Source of the DNA: an uncultured Ruminococcus sp.
Lineage (GTDB): Bacteria > Bacillota > Clostridia > Oscillospirales > Ruminococcaceae
Length of the DNA stretch: 64,000 nucleotides
Direction of reading: 5' to 3'
Assembly (NCBI GenBank): GCA_902781565.1
Contig: CACZJT010000005.1
Coordinates: 11,902-75,901, forward strand
The notes under the pieces were generated by a model that did no database searches, was not told the origin of the DNA, and was given only the letters and a program-made list of their open reading frames with translations. The first letter of the stretch is position 1. Every line of letters begins with the position of its first letter. Below, in pieces: positions 36,630 to 45,220 of this stretch. The position numbers and the translations under genes are program-made.

Positions 36630-36809
36630 TCATGCCCGAGCCTTGTTTTCCTCTGCCGTTGCTTTGCCGGCATTCTTAGCCGCCTCGAACGCAAGCGCTA
36701 CCTGCATAAGCGCGTAAGTCAGCATTTTTTCTTCAAAGCTCATTCCGCCGACCGCATTCTTTACCGCATCGGGCGAAATGTCCTGTACTGCGTTTGTGTT
36801 TTTGTTCAT
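36630..36809 (-). CDS. 59-aa hypothetical protein (absent from the ORF track)
   Basis: MNKNTNAVQDISPDAVKNAVGGMSFEEKMLTYALMQVALAFEAAK...; RBS GAGGGAG. Confidence 0.55.
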   Translation of the reverse strand: MNKNTNAVQDISPDAVKNAVGGMSFEEKMLTYALMQVALAFEAAKNAGKATAEENKARA

Positions 36810-36813
36810 AGTC

Positions 36814-37002
36814 TCACACTCCCTCTTTATTCAGACGGGCGATTTCTTTTTCAAGCTCCGCGATCTTAGCGTGGAGCAGACCGACCGTGCGCCCGATCTC
36901 GATCAGATCGGCGTTATAATCGGGGACTTGCTTTTCCACTCGTTTCAGGCGTTCGTTCAGGTCGTTGACTGCTCCAAACACCGTGAACATTTCATCGTTC
37001 AT
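36814..37002 (-). CDS. Coiled-coil hypothetical protein
   Basis: RBS GAGG, heptad pattern. Confidence 0.55.
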   Translation of the reverse strand: MNDEMFTVFGAVNDLNERLKRVEKQVPDYNADLIEIGRTVGLLHAKIAELEKEIARLNKEGV

Positions 37003-37073
37003 AGTTTCCTCACTTTCTGTGCGGGACTTTCCCCGCCCGCGCTTCGGGGTATTTGAGGTTGGTGTAGAATGTG

Positions 37074-37268
37074 TTAATGCTTTATCAGTTCATCGACTGA
37101 CTTTTCAAGCAGCTCCGCCGCTCTGATCAGATAACTTACCGGAAGATCGTTTGCTTTTTCCCAGTAATAGAAACGATTTCGGCGTATACCGAGCTTTTCG
37201 CAGAAGCTGTCTACCGACCATTTACGGCGCTTTAGTTCGGCGCGGATATTCTCAAAAATGTGTTTCAT
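37074..37268 (-). CDS. XRE-family HTH protein
   Basis: ENIRAE..RR...FCEKLGI..N..YYWE...P..YLI..A.LL..SVDEL. Confidence 0.75.
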   Translation of the reverse strand: MKHIFENIRAELKRRKWSVDSFCEKLGIRRNRFYYWEKANDLPVSYLIRAAELLEKSVDELIKH

Positions 37269-37273
37269 CGCTC

Positions 37274-37302
37274 TTGACATTCCTTTCATTTTGTATTATA
37301 AT
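37274..37302 (+). promoter_or_regulatory. Consensus sigmaA promoter of the YozE-like gene
   Basis: TTGACA-17-TATAAT. Confidence 0.75.
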
Positions 37303-37333
37303 TGATACAAATAAATGAAGGGAGGCGGCTTTT

Positions 37334-37558
37334 ATGACCTTTAAGGAATGGTTGATACGCCACAAAGGAGAAGATTCGCCGCTGGGCGACTTGGCGGAGG
37401 ACGTTGCGTTAGATAAGGATTTTCCGTCAGAAAATTCAAGAGAAGCAATAATGGATCATCTGACCGGGGCTGGCGTACACGCCTGCACAGAAGCCATTGA
37501 AACCTTTAAACGCGCTTGGTCTTCTTACCGCGCTTACGAGAAGAAGCATTCCGAATGA
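37334..37558 (+). CDS. YozE/SAM-like protein
   Basis: MTFKEWL...DSPLGDLAEDVALDKDFP...AW..Y; RBS GGAGG. Confidence 0.8.
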   Translation: MTFKEWLIRHKGEDSPLGDLAEDVALDKDFPSENSREAIMDHLTGAGVHACTEAIETFKRAWSSYRAYEKKHSE

Positions 37559-37673
37559 CCGGAAGAAGCTCCGTTTCGTTCGTGTAAGGCTTTCTTCTCA
37601 GCTCGCGCTGACTTTGTAGTAAAAACGCAAAGTCAGCGATTTCTTTTGCAGAACCTGTTATTACGATTTTCAT
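37506..37673 (-). CDS. 55-aa hypothetical protein (absent from the ORF track)
   Basis: MKIVITGSAKEIADF...; RBS AAAGGAG. Confidence 0.5.
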   Translation of the reverse strand: MKIVITGSAKEIADFAFLLQSQRELRRKPYTNETELLPVIRNASSRKRGKKTKRV

Positions 37674-37697
37674 GTGTTAGGGGTCTCCTTTCGTTGG

Positions 37698-37940
37698 TTA
37701 CAGGGTCGTTTCACTCACGTTGGCGTTTTTGCCTACATCGTCAGCAAAAAAAATAGCCTGCTGTTCATGCTCGGATAGTCCGAGCAGCTGTATCAGCTTT
37801 TTGATTTCGGACCCTTTAAACTCTCTGACACCGTTGAGTTTGTTATACAACCCTTGCCTTGTAAGACCGAGTTCCTCGGCGATCGAGTTTTTAGAGAGTT
37901 TACATTCCTCGATCTTTTCGCTAAGTATCTGACTGTTCAA
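37698..37940 (-). CDS. Cro-like HTH regulator
   Basis: IAEELGLTRQGLYNKLNG.REFK.SEI...AIFF; divergent from the repressor. Confidence 0.85.
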   Translation of the reverse strand: MNSQILSEKIEECKLSKNSIAEELGLTRQGLYNKLNGVREFKGSEIKKLIQLLGLSEHEQQAIFFADDVGKNANVSETTL

Positions 37941-37957
37941 AAAATCACCTCCGTTCT

Positions 37958-38125
37958 TTGTAGACTACTTGTCTACAATAACATTATACACCCTGTAGGC
38001 GTAAATGTCAACATATTTTTACCTAAAATAATGCACAAACTTTTGTAGTCTTTTTTGTCTACAATGTCAATTTATTTTTACAGGTGTAAATAATTGTTGA
38101 CATTCGCGGAAACAGATGATATAAT
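37958..38125. promoter_or_regulatory. Genetic switch: two divergent consensus promoters and palindromic operators
   Basis: Minus TTGACA(38011)-17-TATAAT(37988); plus TTGACA(38097)-17-TATAAT(38120); TTGTAGAC-5-GTCTACAA at 37958 with variants at 37994 and 38043. Confidence 0.8.
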
Positions 38126-38145
38126 TATTGCATGGAGGTGATACT

Positions 38146-38796
38146 ATGACAATAGGCGAAAAGATCAAACAGGCGAGACTTGATAAAGGACTTACGCAAG
38201 AGGAGCTTGCTTCAAAACTCGGATATAAGTCTCGTTCGTCTGTCAATAAGATAGAAACGGGAGGCAGAGATATTCCCAGAAGTCAAATTAAAAAGATTGC
38301 AGAAATACTTCAAGTTTCCCCTATTTCTTTATTGGGCTGGGAGGACGAACGACCCGCCTGCGACGACCTTTCCGTGCTCTCCGAGCGTTACGACAATATC
38401 CTGCCCGTGAAGCTGAAACGCTTTCCTCTCCTCGGAGAGATCGCCTGCGGTGAGCCTGTTTTCGCCGATGAGGACAAGGAAAGCTATGTAATGGCTGATA
38501 TGGATATACACGCTGATTTCTGCCTTCGGGCAAAGGGAGACAGCATGATAAATGCCCGTATCTTTGACGGTGATCTTGTGTTCGTCCGTAAAATGCCGAT
38601 AGTTGACAACGGTGATATCGCCGCAGTCATCATAGAGGACGAAGCGACCCTCAAACGGGTCTATTACGACAGAGAGAATAACCTTTTACAGCTCGTTGCC
38701 GAGAACCCGAGATATAAGCCCTTTGTTTACAGAGGAGAGGAGCTCGACCATGTCCGCATACTCGGCAAGGCTGTTTATTTTATGAGTGCATTATAA
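38146..38796 (+). CDS. CI/LexA-like prophage repressor (HTH + S24 peptidase)
   Basis: XRE HTH, IACG cleavage site, GDSM serine, ATLKR lysine. Confidence 0.92.
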   Translation: MTIGEKIKQARLDKGLTQEELASKLGYKSRSSVNKIETGGRDIPRSQIKKIAEILQVSPISLLGWEDERPACDDLSVLSERYDNILPVKLKRFPLLGEIACGEPVFADEDKESYVMADMDIHADFCLRAKGDSMINARIFDGDLVFVRKMPIVDNGDIAAVIIEDEATLKRVYYDRENNLLQLVAENPRYKPFVYRGEELDHVRILGKAVYFMSAL

Positions 38797-38973
38797 TAAG
38801 AATGGAGGAACTGTTCGGGAATATCTTCGAGAGAGAAGACTTCGGCGAGGAAGAGCCGCCGCAGGACAGCACAGCATGACCGTCACGCGCGGAAAGGGCA
38901 CGAAGTGATTCGTGCTAAAATAAAGCCTGCTTGCATTTGACTGCAAACAGACCCGAACAAAGGAGGAACCACA

Positions 38974-39528
38974 ATGGCTATAAAGGAAAACGAAAAGCCG
39001 CGCCTGAATGCGGCGCAATTTACTGCTGTGACCAAATTCAGCAATGAACGGCTGGAGCTTTTAGACGGCGAGATAGTGGCGCTCGGCGCGCCCAGCGAAC
39101 TTCATCAAACGATCGCGGGACGCTTGTTTTCAAGTCTTGACGGACATACCATCAAGAACAACGGAAAATGCAAGGTACTGATCTCGCCCTTTGAAGTTGT
39201 GCTTGACGATGATAATGTAGTCCAGCCCGATCTGCTCGTTGTGTGCGACCGAAGCAAGCTCGACGGCAAACGGGCAAACGGCGCTCCCGATCTCGTTATC
39301 GAGATACTGTCCGAAAGCAGCAGAAAACGCGACCTTGTGGACAAATACGTACTATACGCAAACAGCGGCGTCCGCGAATACTGGATAATCGACCCCTCCG
39401 AGGAAAGAACCATAGTCTATCTTTTCGGTGAGACTATCCGCATCGGATTCTACCCCTTCGACAAGCCTATCCCCGTGGGTATCTGGGACGGTGCGCTTGA
39501 AATAACAATAGCCGAACTGCTCGGCTGA
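38974..39528 (+). CDS. Uma2-family endonuclease
   Basis: ELLDG...P..LH...VQPD...GAPDLVIEILS...K..LY...GVREYWIIDP. Confidence 0.9.
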   Translation: MAIKENEKPRLNAAQFTAVTKFSNERLELLDGEIVALGAPSELHQTIAGRLFSSLDGHTIKNNGKCKVLISPFEVVLDDDNVVQPDLLVVCDRSKLDGKRANGAPDLVIEILSESSRKRDLVDKYVLYANSGVREYWIIDPSEERTIVYLFGETIRIGFYPFDKPIPVGIWDGALEITIAELLG

Positions 39529-39609
39529 AACGCACTGTGAAGCCCTCTGACACCCCTCAAGCCGAGGGGGTATAACTTTACCCCATGAACGCACAAAGCC
39601 CCTCACAGC

Positions 39610-39640
39610 GCATTTTCAGCACCGTGAGGGGCATATGATA
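39610..39640 (+). promoter_or_regulatory. sigmaE/sigmaK-like promoter motif upstream of the recombinase
   Basis: GCATTTT-15-CATATGATA, ending 17 nt before the ATG, overlapping a GC hairpin. Confidence 0.4.
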
Positions 39641-39657
39641 AGATAGGAGATGATATC

Positions 39658-41106
39658 ATGAAAACTGCCGCCGCGTATATCCGCGTTTCCACCGACGATC
39701 AGGTGGAGTTTTCGCCCGACAGCCAGCTCAAAGCCATTCGCAAGTACGCCAAGGACCATGACTTCGTACTGCCTAAAGAGTTCATTTTCGTTGACGAGGG
39801 CATAAGCGGACGCACCGCCGCAAAACGCCCCGAGTTCAACCGCATGATCGGCACGGCTAAGTCTACCCCGAAGCCATTCGACACCATACTGCTCTGGAAG
39901 TTCAGCCGTTTCGCCCGCAACCGTCAGGACAGTATCGTTTACAAATCCATGCTCCGCAAGCAGTGCGGCATTGATGTTGTGAGCGTGTCGGAACAGCTGG
40001 GCGAGGACAACACCTCTATCCTCATCGAAGCGCTCATCGAGGCTATGGACGAATACTACAGCCTGAACCTCGCCGAGGAGGTAAAGCGCGGCATGAACGA
40101 GAAGTTCTCCCGCGGAGGTGTGGTCTCACAGCCACCTTTCGGCTACAAGATGAAGGACGGCATTTTCGCTCCCGATGAGAACGCCGCGCCGATCGTCCGC
40201 ATGATCTACGCCGACTATCTCGCAGGTAAGGGCGCGCGTCAGATCGCTAAGGAGCTGAATCACAAGGGCATTACCACGAGCAAGGGAGGGAAGTGGGAGA
40301 ACCGCACCGTCGAGTACGTCCTGACCAATCAGACCTACCTCGGCAAAATGCGCCGCAGCACCGACCCGCGTAATAAGTACGACCGCTTCCACGAGGACGT
40401 GAACCTCGTTGACGGCGCTCACGAGCCTCTGATCTCCGAGGAGACCTTCGCCGCCGTGCAGGAACGCCGCGCCGAGATCAAAAAGACCTACGGCAAATAC
40501 GCTCGTCATGCTCCCGTGAATTTCATGCTTAAAGGCGTAGTCCGCTGTGACAATTGTGGTGCGACCCTCGTTGCCACCGCCAACCGCGACCGCCTGCAAT
40601 GCCATAACTACAACCGCGGCACCTGCAATGTCTCGCATTCCGTGAGCATTGAAGCCCTCACGCGGCTGGTGCTCGACAAGCTCCGCGCGGATATGGAGTG
40701 TGCCGATACCGAGGTGGAGATCGTGACCACTGCCGCCGCCGAGAACGTTCACGAGGACGACACGGAGTTCCTGCTCTCGCGCGAGTACAAGAAGCTGGAG
40801 CGTATCAGGGAAGCCTACGAAGCGGGTATCGACACCCTCGATGAGTACAGGGTGAACAAGCAGAAGATACAGCGGCGCATTGACGAGATCAGAGCCGAAG
40901 CGGAAGCCGCGAAGCCTGCTCATGTCCTGACCTCCGAGGAGAGACAGCAGGCAGTCCGCGCGAGGATACGTCTCGGGCTGGACACTCTTGCTTCCCCCGA
41001 TGTGAGCGAGACCACCAAAAACGAAGTCCTCCGCTCACTGGTAGAGCGCATAGTTTTCGTCAAGCCGAAAAAGGTGATAGAGATAGTCTATAAGGGCGAT
41101 TTTTAG
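39658..41106 (+). CDS. Large serine recombinase (integrase)
   Basis: YIRVSTDDQ catalytic Ser, SRFAR, recombinase domain, CDNCG zinc ribbon, coiled coil; ends next to the att junction. Confidence 0.96.
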   Translation: MKTAAAYIRVSTDDQVEFSPDSQLKAIRKYAKDHDFVLPKEFIFVDEGISGRTAAKRPEFNRMIGTAKSTPKPFDTILLWKFSRFARNRQDSIVYKSMLRKQCGIDVVSVSEQLGEDNTSILIEALIEAMDEYYSLNLAEEVKRGMNEKFSRGGVVSQPPFGYKMKDGIFAPDENAAPIVRMIYADYLAGKGARQIAKELNHKGITTSKGGKWENRTVEYVLTNQTYLGKMRRSTDPRNKYDRFHEDVNLVDGAHEPLISEETFAAVQERRAEIKKTYGKYARHAPVNFMLKGVVRCDNCGATLVATANRDRLQCHNYNRGTCNVSHSVSIEALTRLVLDKLRADMECADTEVEIVTTAAAENVHEDDTEFLLSREYKKLERIREAYEAGIDTLDEYRVNKQKIQRRIDEIRAEAEAAKPAHVLTSEERQQAVRARIRLGLDTLASPDVSETTKNEVLRSLVERIVFVKPKKVIEIVYKGDF

Positions 41107-41119
41107 TGCGGGTTTGGGG

Positions 41120-41143
41120 TATATCTTTTTGGGGTTGGGCGGA
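41120..41143. other. Right attachment junction: arm TATATCTTTTTGG (41120-41132) and core GTTGGGCGGA (41134-41143)
   Basis: Matches the left junction. Confidence 0.92.
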
Positions 41144-41647
41144 CCGGACGGAGAGGTCGGCGCGGCTATGCGCTATCTCAACCAGCGCTACGCCGCTCCC
41201 TGCCGCGAGGTACAGGGGATACTGACGGATATAGGCACCGAAGAACTGGGTCACATGGAGATGGTATCGGCTATTCTTTACCAGCTCACCCGCGGGCTTT
41301 CGATGAAGGAGATCAAGGAGTCGGGGTTTGACGCTTATTTTGTCGATCATACTACGGGTATCTACCCCGCCGCCGCTTCGGGTCCGGCATTTACTGCGGA
41401 TTATATCCAGTCCACGGGCGACCCGCTTGCCGACCTGCATGAGGATCTCGCCGCCGAACAGAAGGCGCGGCTTACCTACGATAATATCCTTCGGCTTGCC
41501 GACGATCCCGACGTCCGCGACCCTATCAAGTTCCTCCGCGAACGCGAGATAGTGCATTATCAGAGGTTCGGCGAGGGCTTGCGGAAGATCCAGGATATGC
41601 TCGATTCCAGGAACTTCTACGCCTTTAATCCCTCATTCGATAAATGA
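41144..41647 (+). CDS. cotJC: cotJC 3' segment (manganese catalase family, 167 aa)
   Basis: PDGE...RYL.QR...DIGTEELGHMEM...DLAAEQKAR...REREIVHYQRFGE; in frame with the 5' segment across the core. Confidence 0.93.
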   Translation, partial: PDGEVGAAMRYLNQRYAAPCREVQGILTDIGTEELGHMEMVSAILYQLTRGLSMKEIKESGFDAYFVDHTTGIYPAAASGPAFTADYIQSTGDPLADLHEDLAAEQKARLTYDNILRLADDPDVRDPIKFLREREIVHYQRFGEGLRKIQDMLDSRNFYAFNPSFDK

Positions 41648-41670
41648 CAGGCTGATACCCTGACGAAAAT

Positions 41671-41701
41671 GCACCGCTCCCGTTTTGCACGGGGACGGTG
41701 C
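41671..41701. terminator. Hairpin between convergent cotJC and GH2
   Basis: GCACCGCTCCCG...CGGGGACGGTGC. Confidence 0.5.
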
Positions 41702-41710
41702 ATTGTGGTT

Positions 41711-44700
41711 TTATTCGCTCACAAACCGTATCGACCCGAGGTCGAAGCGGCAGCCGGGCAGGAACACCAGCGAAACGTTTACCTTTCCGCTTATGCCTTC
41801 AAGGGGGAAACGCCTTTCGGTGTAGTCATCGGCTCCCGCAAATTCGCAGATGACGCGCTTTTCGGTGCCGCCCTCGAACATTAGCTCAATGCTGTTTCGC
41901 GCGATCTCCGACCTGCCGTTTATCACGACAGCTGTTGGACTTTCACTGCCGAAGTTGAACTCGCCGAAGTCGATGATGACGTTGTTGCCGATATCGGTTA
42001 TCGTATTCCCGTCACGTAGGAAGCTGTCACCGCGGACACTCTCGCAGAGTGAGGCGGGAAGCTCGGAGCTTTCTTTTCTCGTTTTCACGAACACGATACC
42101 GCCAACATCGAGCTTGTCCTCCGACTCGATACTTACGGTATGCACACCGCAGAGCCGTTTTGTCAGCGTGTAGGTCTCGGGCTGATATTCCAGCCATTTC
42201 GGGGATTTGCGGTATTCGAGTACGCCTATGAGCTCACCCTCGTCGGGGGTGCCGTCGTATACTTTCAGCCTGACAGTATCGTGAGTGTCCGCAAAGACCG
42301 GCAGGGTGATACGGTCGCTTCCGAGGGCGCCAAAGTCTATGTTCTTTATGCCGAAATAACCGCTCCCGATGAAGCGTACTCCGTGGTCTATGCCGTTCAA
42401 AACGTCACCGCCCGAAAGCTCGAACGTGCCCGCTTCGATGAGTTCATACGGGTCGCGGAAGGGACTTCCCAGCCCCTCGCATTCGAGCCGCATGACGGAC
42501 ATCACGCCCCCGTTTTCCCTGCCGTTCCTGCAAAGCGCACGGAGGTATATCTCGCCGTCCCCAAGCGCTTCTACAGTCACGCCGCCGCTGCCGCTCTCGG
42601 TGATGAGGGCGTTTTGGGAGGGTATGCCGTTCACGCTCGTGAGCCTGTATTCAATATCGCGGTACGTGGCGTTTGCGGGGAAGAGCCTCGCGTCAATGCG
42701 TATCTGCCTGCGGTCGGGGGAGAAACGCCTTTCGCCCGAAAGCTCTATTTTTCTGACGGGTATCTCTTCCGTGTTCCCGCCGCACGTTACGTTCTCACGC
42801 ATGAATGATATCCCATCGGGGACATCGGCGCTCTCGGCTCGTAAATGTATGGTGACGTCCCGGGTGTTGGGGGAGGAGAGCGTCACGGTGATCTCCCCCG
42901 CCCTGTCACGCGCCATGAGCATGATGAGCAGCCGCCCCGAGAACAGCCTGCGCGATGTGTCAGAATGCCTGTCAAGGTCAGAGGGGTCGCCGTTGTCAAG
43001 CCCTGCGAGCCGCGCCGCTCCGCCGACCGTGACGGTCACGCGGTCGTTGGCGTCGGCAGCGAAATTGCCGTCCTTATCGTATGCGGCGGCTTCAATGAAG
43101 ATCATATCTCTGCCGTCGGCTCTCATCACAGTCTTGTCGGGAAGTGCTTCAAGGTACGCGGTATCGCCGAAGGAGCGTTTAACGTCCCGCGCAAGCTCCC
43201 TGCCGTCCTCGTCACAGCCCACCGCAAGAAGCTCTCCCTTCACGAAAGGTATCCTCGCGTCAAGAAGTATCTCCCTGCCGTGAGCACGGTCGAAGCGCTG
43301 TTCCTTCACAAGCGTGCCGTTCAGATACAGCTTTACAAGGGGAGTATTTGAAGCGACCCTCACGTCGATAAGTTCACCCTCGTTAAAGCTCCAGTGAGGA
43401 AAGATATGCACCATAGGCGCGGACTTGCAGTCCGTCCACACGCTTCGGAAAACAAACGCTCCGTCCTTCTCAAAGCCCGCGGTATCGAACTGACCGTAGC
43501 AGCAGTTCTTGTTGGTATCGTAAGGATATGTTTCGCCTATGTAATCGAATCCCGACCATATGAACTGCCCCGCGCAGAAGTCTAGGTCGCGGTCGGGGAG
43601 TATGCAGTATTCATGGTTCCTTGCAGCCCATATGGGGCGGCTGTTGCCGAGGGAGGAACAATGGCAGTCCTCTTCCGAAAGTATCTGCTGGGAAAGAGGG
43701 AAGTGATAGACGCCCCTGCTCGAAAGTATCGAGGAGGTTTCGCTCCCGTAAATGCACCAGTCGGGGTGGGCGGCATGGTGGCTCTCATACAGCTCCTCGG
43801 AGTAGTTGTAACCCGCGACTTTAAGTATATCCGCGCACTTCCTGCCGTTCTCGGTGCGCATCTGATTCGAGCCTATGGTGACGACCGCATTGCCGCGGGG
43901 GTCGCTCCTGCGGACAAGCGCAGCTATGAGCGAGGTTATCTCCTGACCGTGGGCATCGGCTGCGGTATCGGGTATCTCGTTTCCTATGCTCCACCCGATG
44001 AGCGAGGGACTGTTCCTGTCGCGGCGCACCCACTGAGCGATGTCTCTCTCCCGCCATTCCTTTGAGAACCGAGCGTAATCGTACTCGGTCTTGGATATCT
44101 CCCACACGTCGGTAAATTCCGAGAGCACGAGGAACCCCATCTCGTCCGCAAGCTCCATAAGCTCGGGAGCGGGGGGATTGTGGGTGGTGCGCACGGCGTT
44201 CACGCCCATAGAGCGCAGTTTTTTTAGCTTGCGGGCAAGAGCTGCCCTGTTCACCGCAGCGCCAAGCGCTCCGAGGTCGTGGTGCTCGCAGCAGCCGTGC
44301 AGCTTCACGCGCTTGCCGTTAAGCAGAAATCCCTTGTCGGGAGTGAACTCGGCACTTCTTAACCCGAAGCGTACTTCCGCGCTGTCTATGACCTCTCCGT
44401 TCTGTTTCAGCTCCGTCTTGCAGGTGTAGAGCTTAGGGGCGGTGATGTCCCATAACACGGGGTCGGGGACGTTCATCACCTGAGTGTTCACCGAGTATTT
44501 GCAGCCCTCGCGGCGGAGGTGCGGGGGGATAAGGCTCTTGTCGGCGGCGGTCAGGTAATACTCCGTTTCGGCAAGGAGCCTCCCGTCGTCATACACCGCG
44601 CTGTGTACCGTAAGCCCGTTCACATCGGCGTTCTCGGGGCGCTCGGCTTCGGTCGTGACTGTTACTCTGCCCTTAGTATCGGCGGAGATATACACTCCGT

Positions 44701-45136
44701 CGGGCAGGATATGGATATCGGGATATCGGCAGAGCCACACGTTCCTGTAGATACCCGCCCCCGAATACCACCTCGAATTAGGCGAGCGGTGGTCTGCCCG
44801 CAGGACGATGAAGTTGTCGCCTTCCCGCAGGAGTTCGCTTATGTCGAACTGAAAGCTCGTGTAGCCGTTCTTCCACTCGCCCGCGCGAACTCCGTTCACG
44901 TACAGACTGCAATCCATATACACCCCGTCGAAGCGCAGAGCCGTCCGCAAGCCGTCGTCTGTGTGTCGGAGCGTCCGTCTGTACCAGCCCGTCGAATCGC
45001 GGTAGAGCGCCCGTGTATCGCTTATGAGCCAGTCATGTGGGATATCGACAGCCTGCCAGCCCTCCGCGCTGTCATACTCCGTCCCGAGGGGGCATTCGGC
45101 GAATTCCCATTTATCGCAAAACAGTCTTTTTTCCAT
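41711..45136 (-). CDS. Glycoside hydrolase family 2 (beta-galactosidase-like) with C-terminal CBM-like domains
   Basis: FDGVY, SRWYSGAGIYR, HHDLGALG, RTTHNP, WSIGNE, WSGFDYIGE. Confidence 0.9.
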   Translation of the reverse strand: MEKRLFCDKWEFAECPLGTEYDSAEGWQAVDIPHDWLISDTRALYRDSTGWYRRTLRHTDDGLRTALRFDGVYMDCSLYVNGVRAGEWKNGYTSFQFDISELLREGDNFIVLRADHRSPNSRWYSGAGIYRNVWLCRYPDIHILPDGVYISADTKGRVTVTTEAERPENADVNGLTVHSAVYDDGRLLAETEYYLTAADKSLIPPHLRREGCKYSVNTQVMNVPDPVLWDITAPKLYTCKTELKQNGEVIDSAEVRFGLRSAEFTPDKGFLLNGKRVKLHGCCEHHDLGALGAAVNRAALARKLKKLRSMGVNAVRTTHNPPAPELMELADEMGFLVLSEFTDVWEISKTEYDYARFSKEWRERDIAQWVRRDRNSPSLIGWSIGNEIPDTAADAHGQEITSLIAALVRRSDPRGNAVVTIGSNQMRTENGRKCADILKVAGYNYSEELYESHHAAHPDWCIYGSETSSILSSRGVYHFPLSQQILSEEDCHCSSLGNSRPIWAARNHEYCILPDRDLDFCAGQFIWSGFDYIGETYPYDTNKNCCYGQFDTAGFEKDGAFVFRSVWTDCKSAPMVHIFPHWSFNEGELIDVRVASNTPLVKLYLNGTLVKEQRFDRAHGREILLDARIPFVKGELLAVGCDEDGRELARDVKRSFGDTAYLEALPDKTVMRADGRDMIFIEAAAYDKDGNFAADANDRVTVTVGGAARLAGLDNGDPSDLDRHSDTSRRLFSGRLLIMLMARDRAGEITVTLSSPNTRDVTIHLRAESADVPDGISFMRENVTCGGNTEEIPVRKIELSGERRFSPDRRQIRIDARLFPANATYRDIEYRLTSVNGIPSQNALITESGSGGVTVEALGDGEIYLRALCRNGRENGGVMSVMRLECEGLGSPFRDPYELIEAGTFELSGGDVLNGIDHGVRFIGSGYFGIKNIDFGALGSDRITLPVFADTHDTVRLKVYDGTPDEGELIGVLEYRKSPKWLEYQPETYTLTKRLCGVHTVSIESEDKLDVGGIVFVKTRKESSELPASLCESVRGDSFLRDGNTITDIGNNVIIDFGEFNFGSESPTAVVINGRSEIARNSIELMFEGGTEKRVICEFAGADDYTERRFPLEGISGKVNVSLVFLPGCRFDLGSIRFVSE

Positions 45137-45220
45137 AAGCTGCTCCTCTCATTTGTCATTATTCATATCTCAAATAAAGAGCCTGACCGTTTTTTCGAAC
45201 AAGCTCTTTCGCATCAAATA

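Larger units (their letters stand above)
4109..41143. mobile_element. Siphovirus prophage (~37.0 kb) with a large serine recombinase, integrated in cotJC
   Basis: Lysis, tail, head, packaging, replication and lysogeny modules between two att junctions. Confidence 0.96.

Noticed and set aside
38802-38910. Tiny ORFs after cI (MEELFGNIFERE...)
   Set aside because: 25 aa or less, weak RBS, no motif; possibly a remnant.
4109-41143. Complete diversity-generating retroelement or retron
   Set aside because: No reverse transcriptase ORF and no template repeat found by eye; only a target-like gene.
41114-41647. ORF-track call of a stand-alone 177-aa gene starting at TTG 41114
   Set aside because: The first codons come from the attP arm, there is no convincing RBS and the conserved CotJC N-terminus is missing. 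Better explained as the 3' half of split cotJC, though low-level expression is not excluded.
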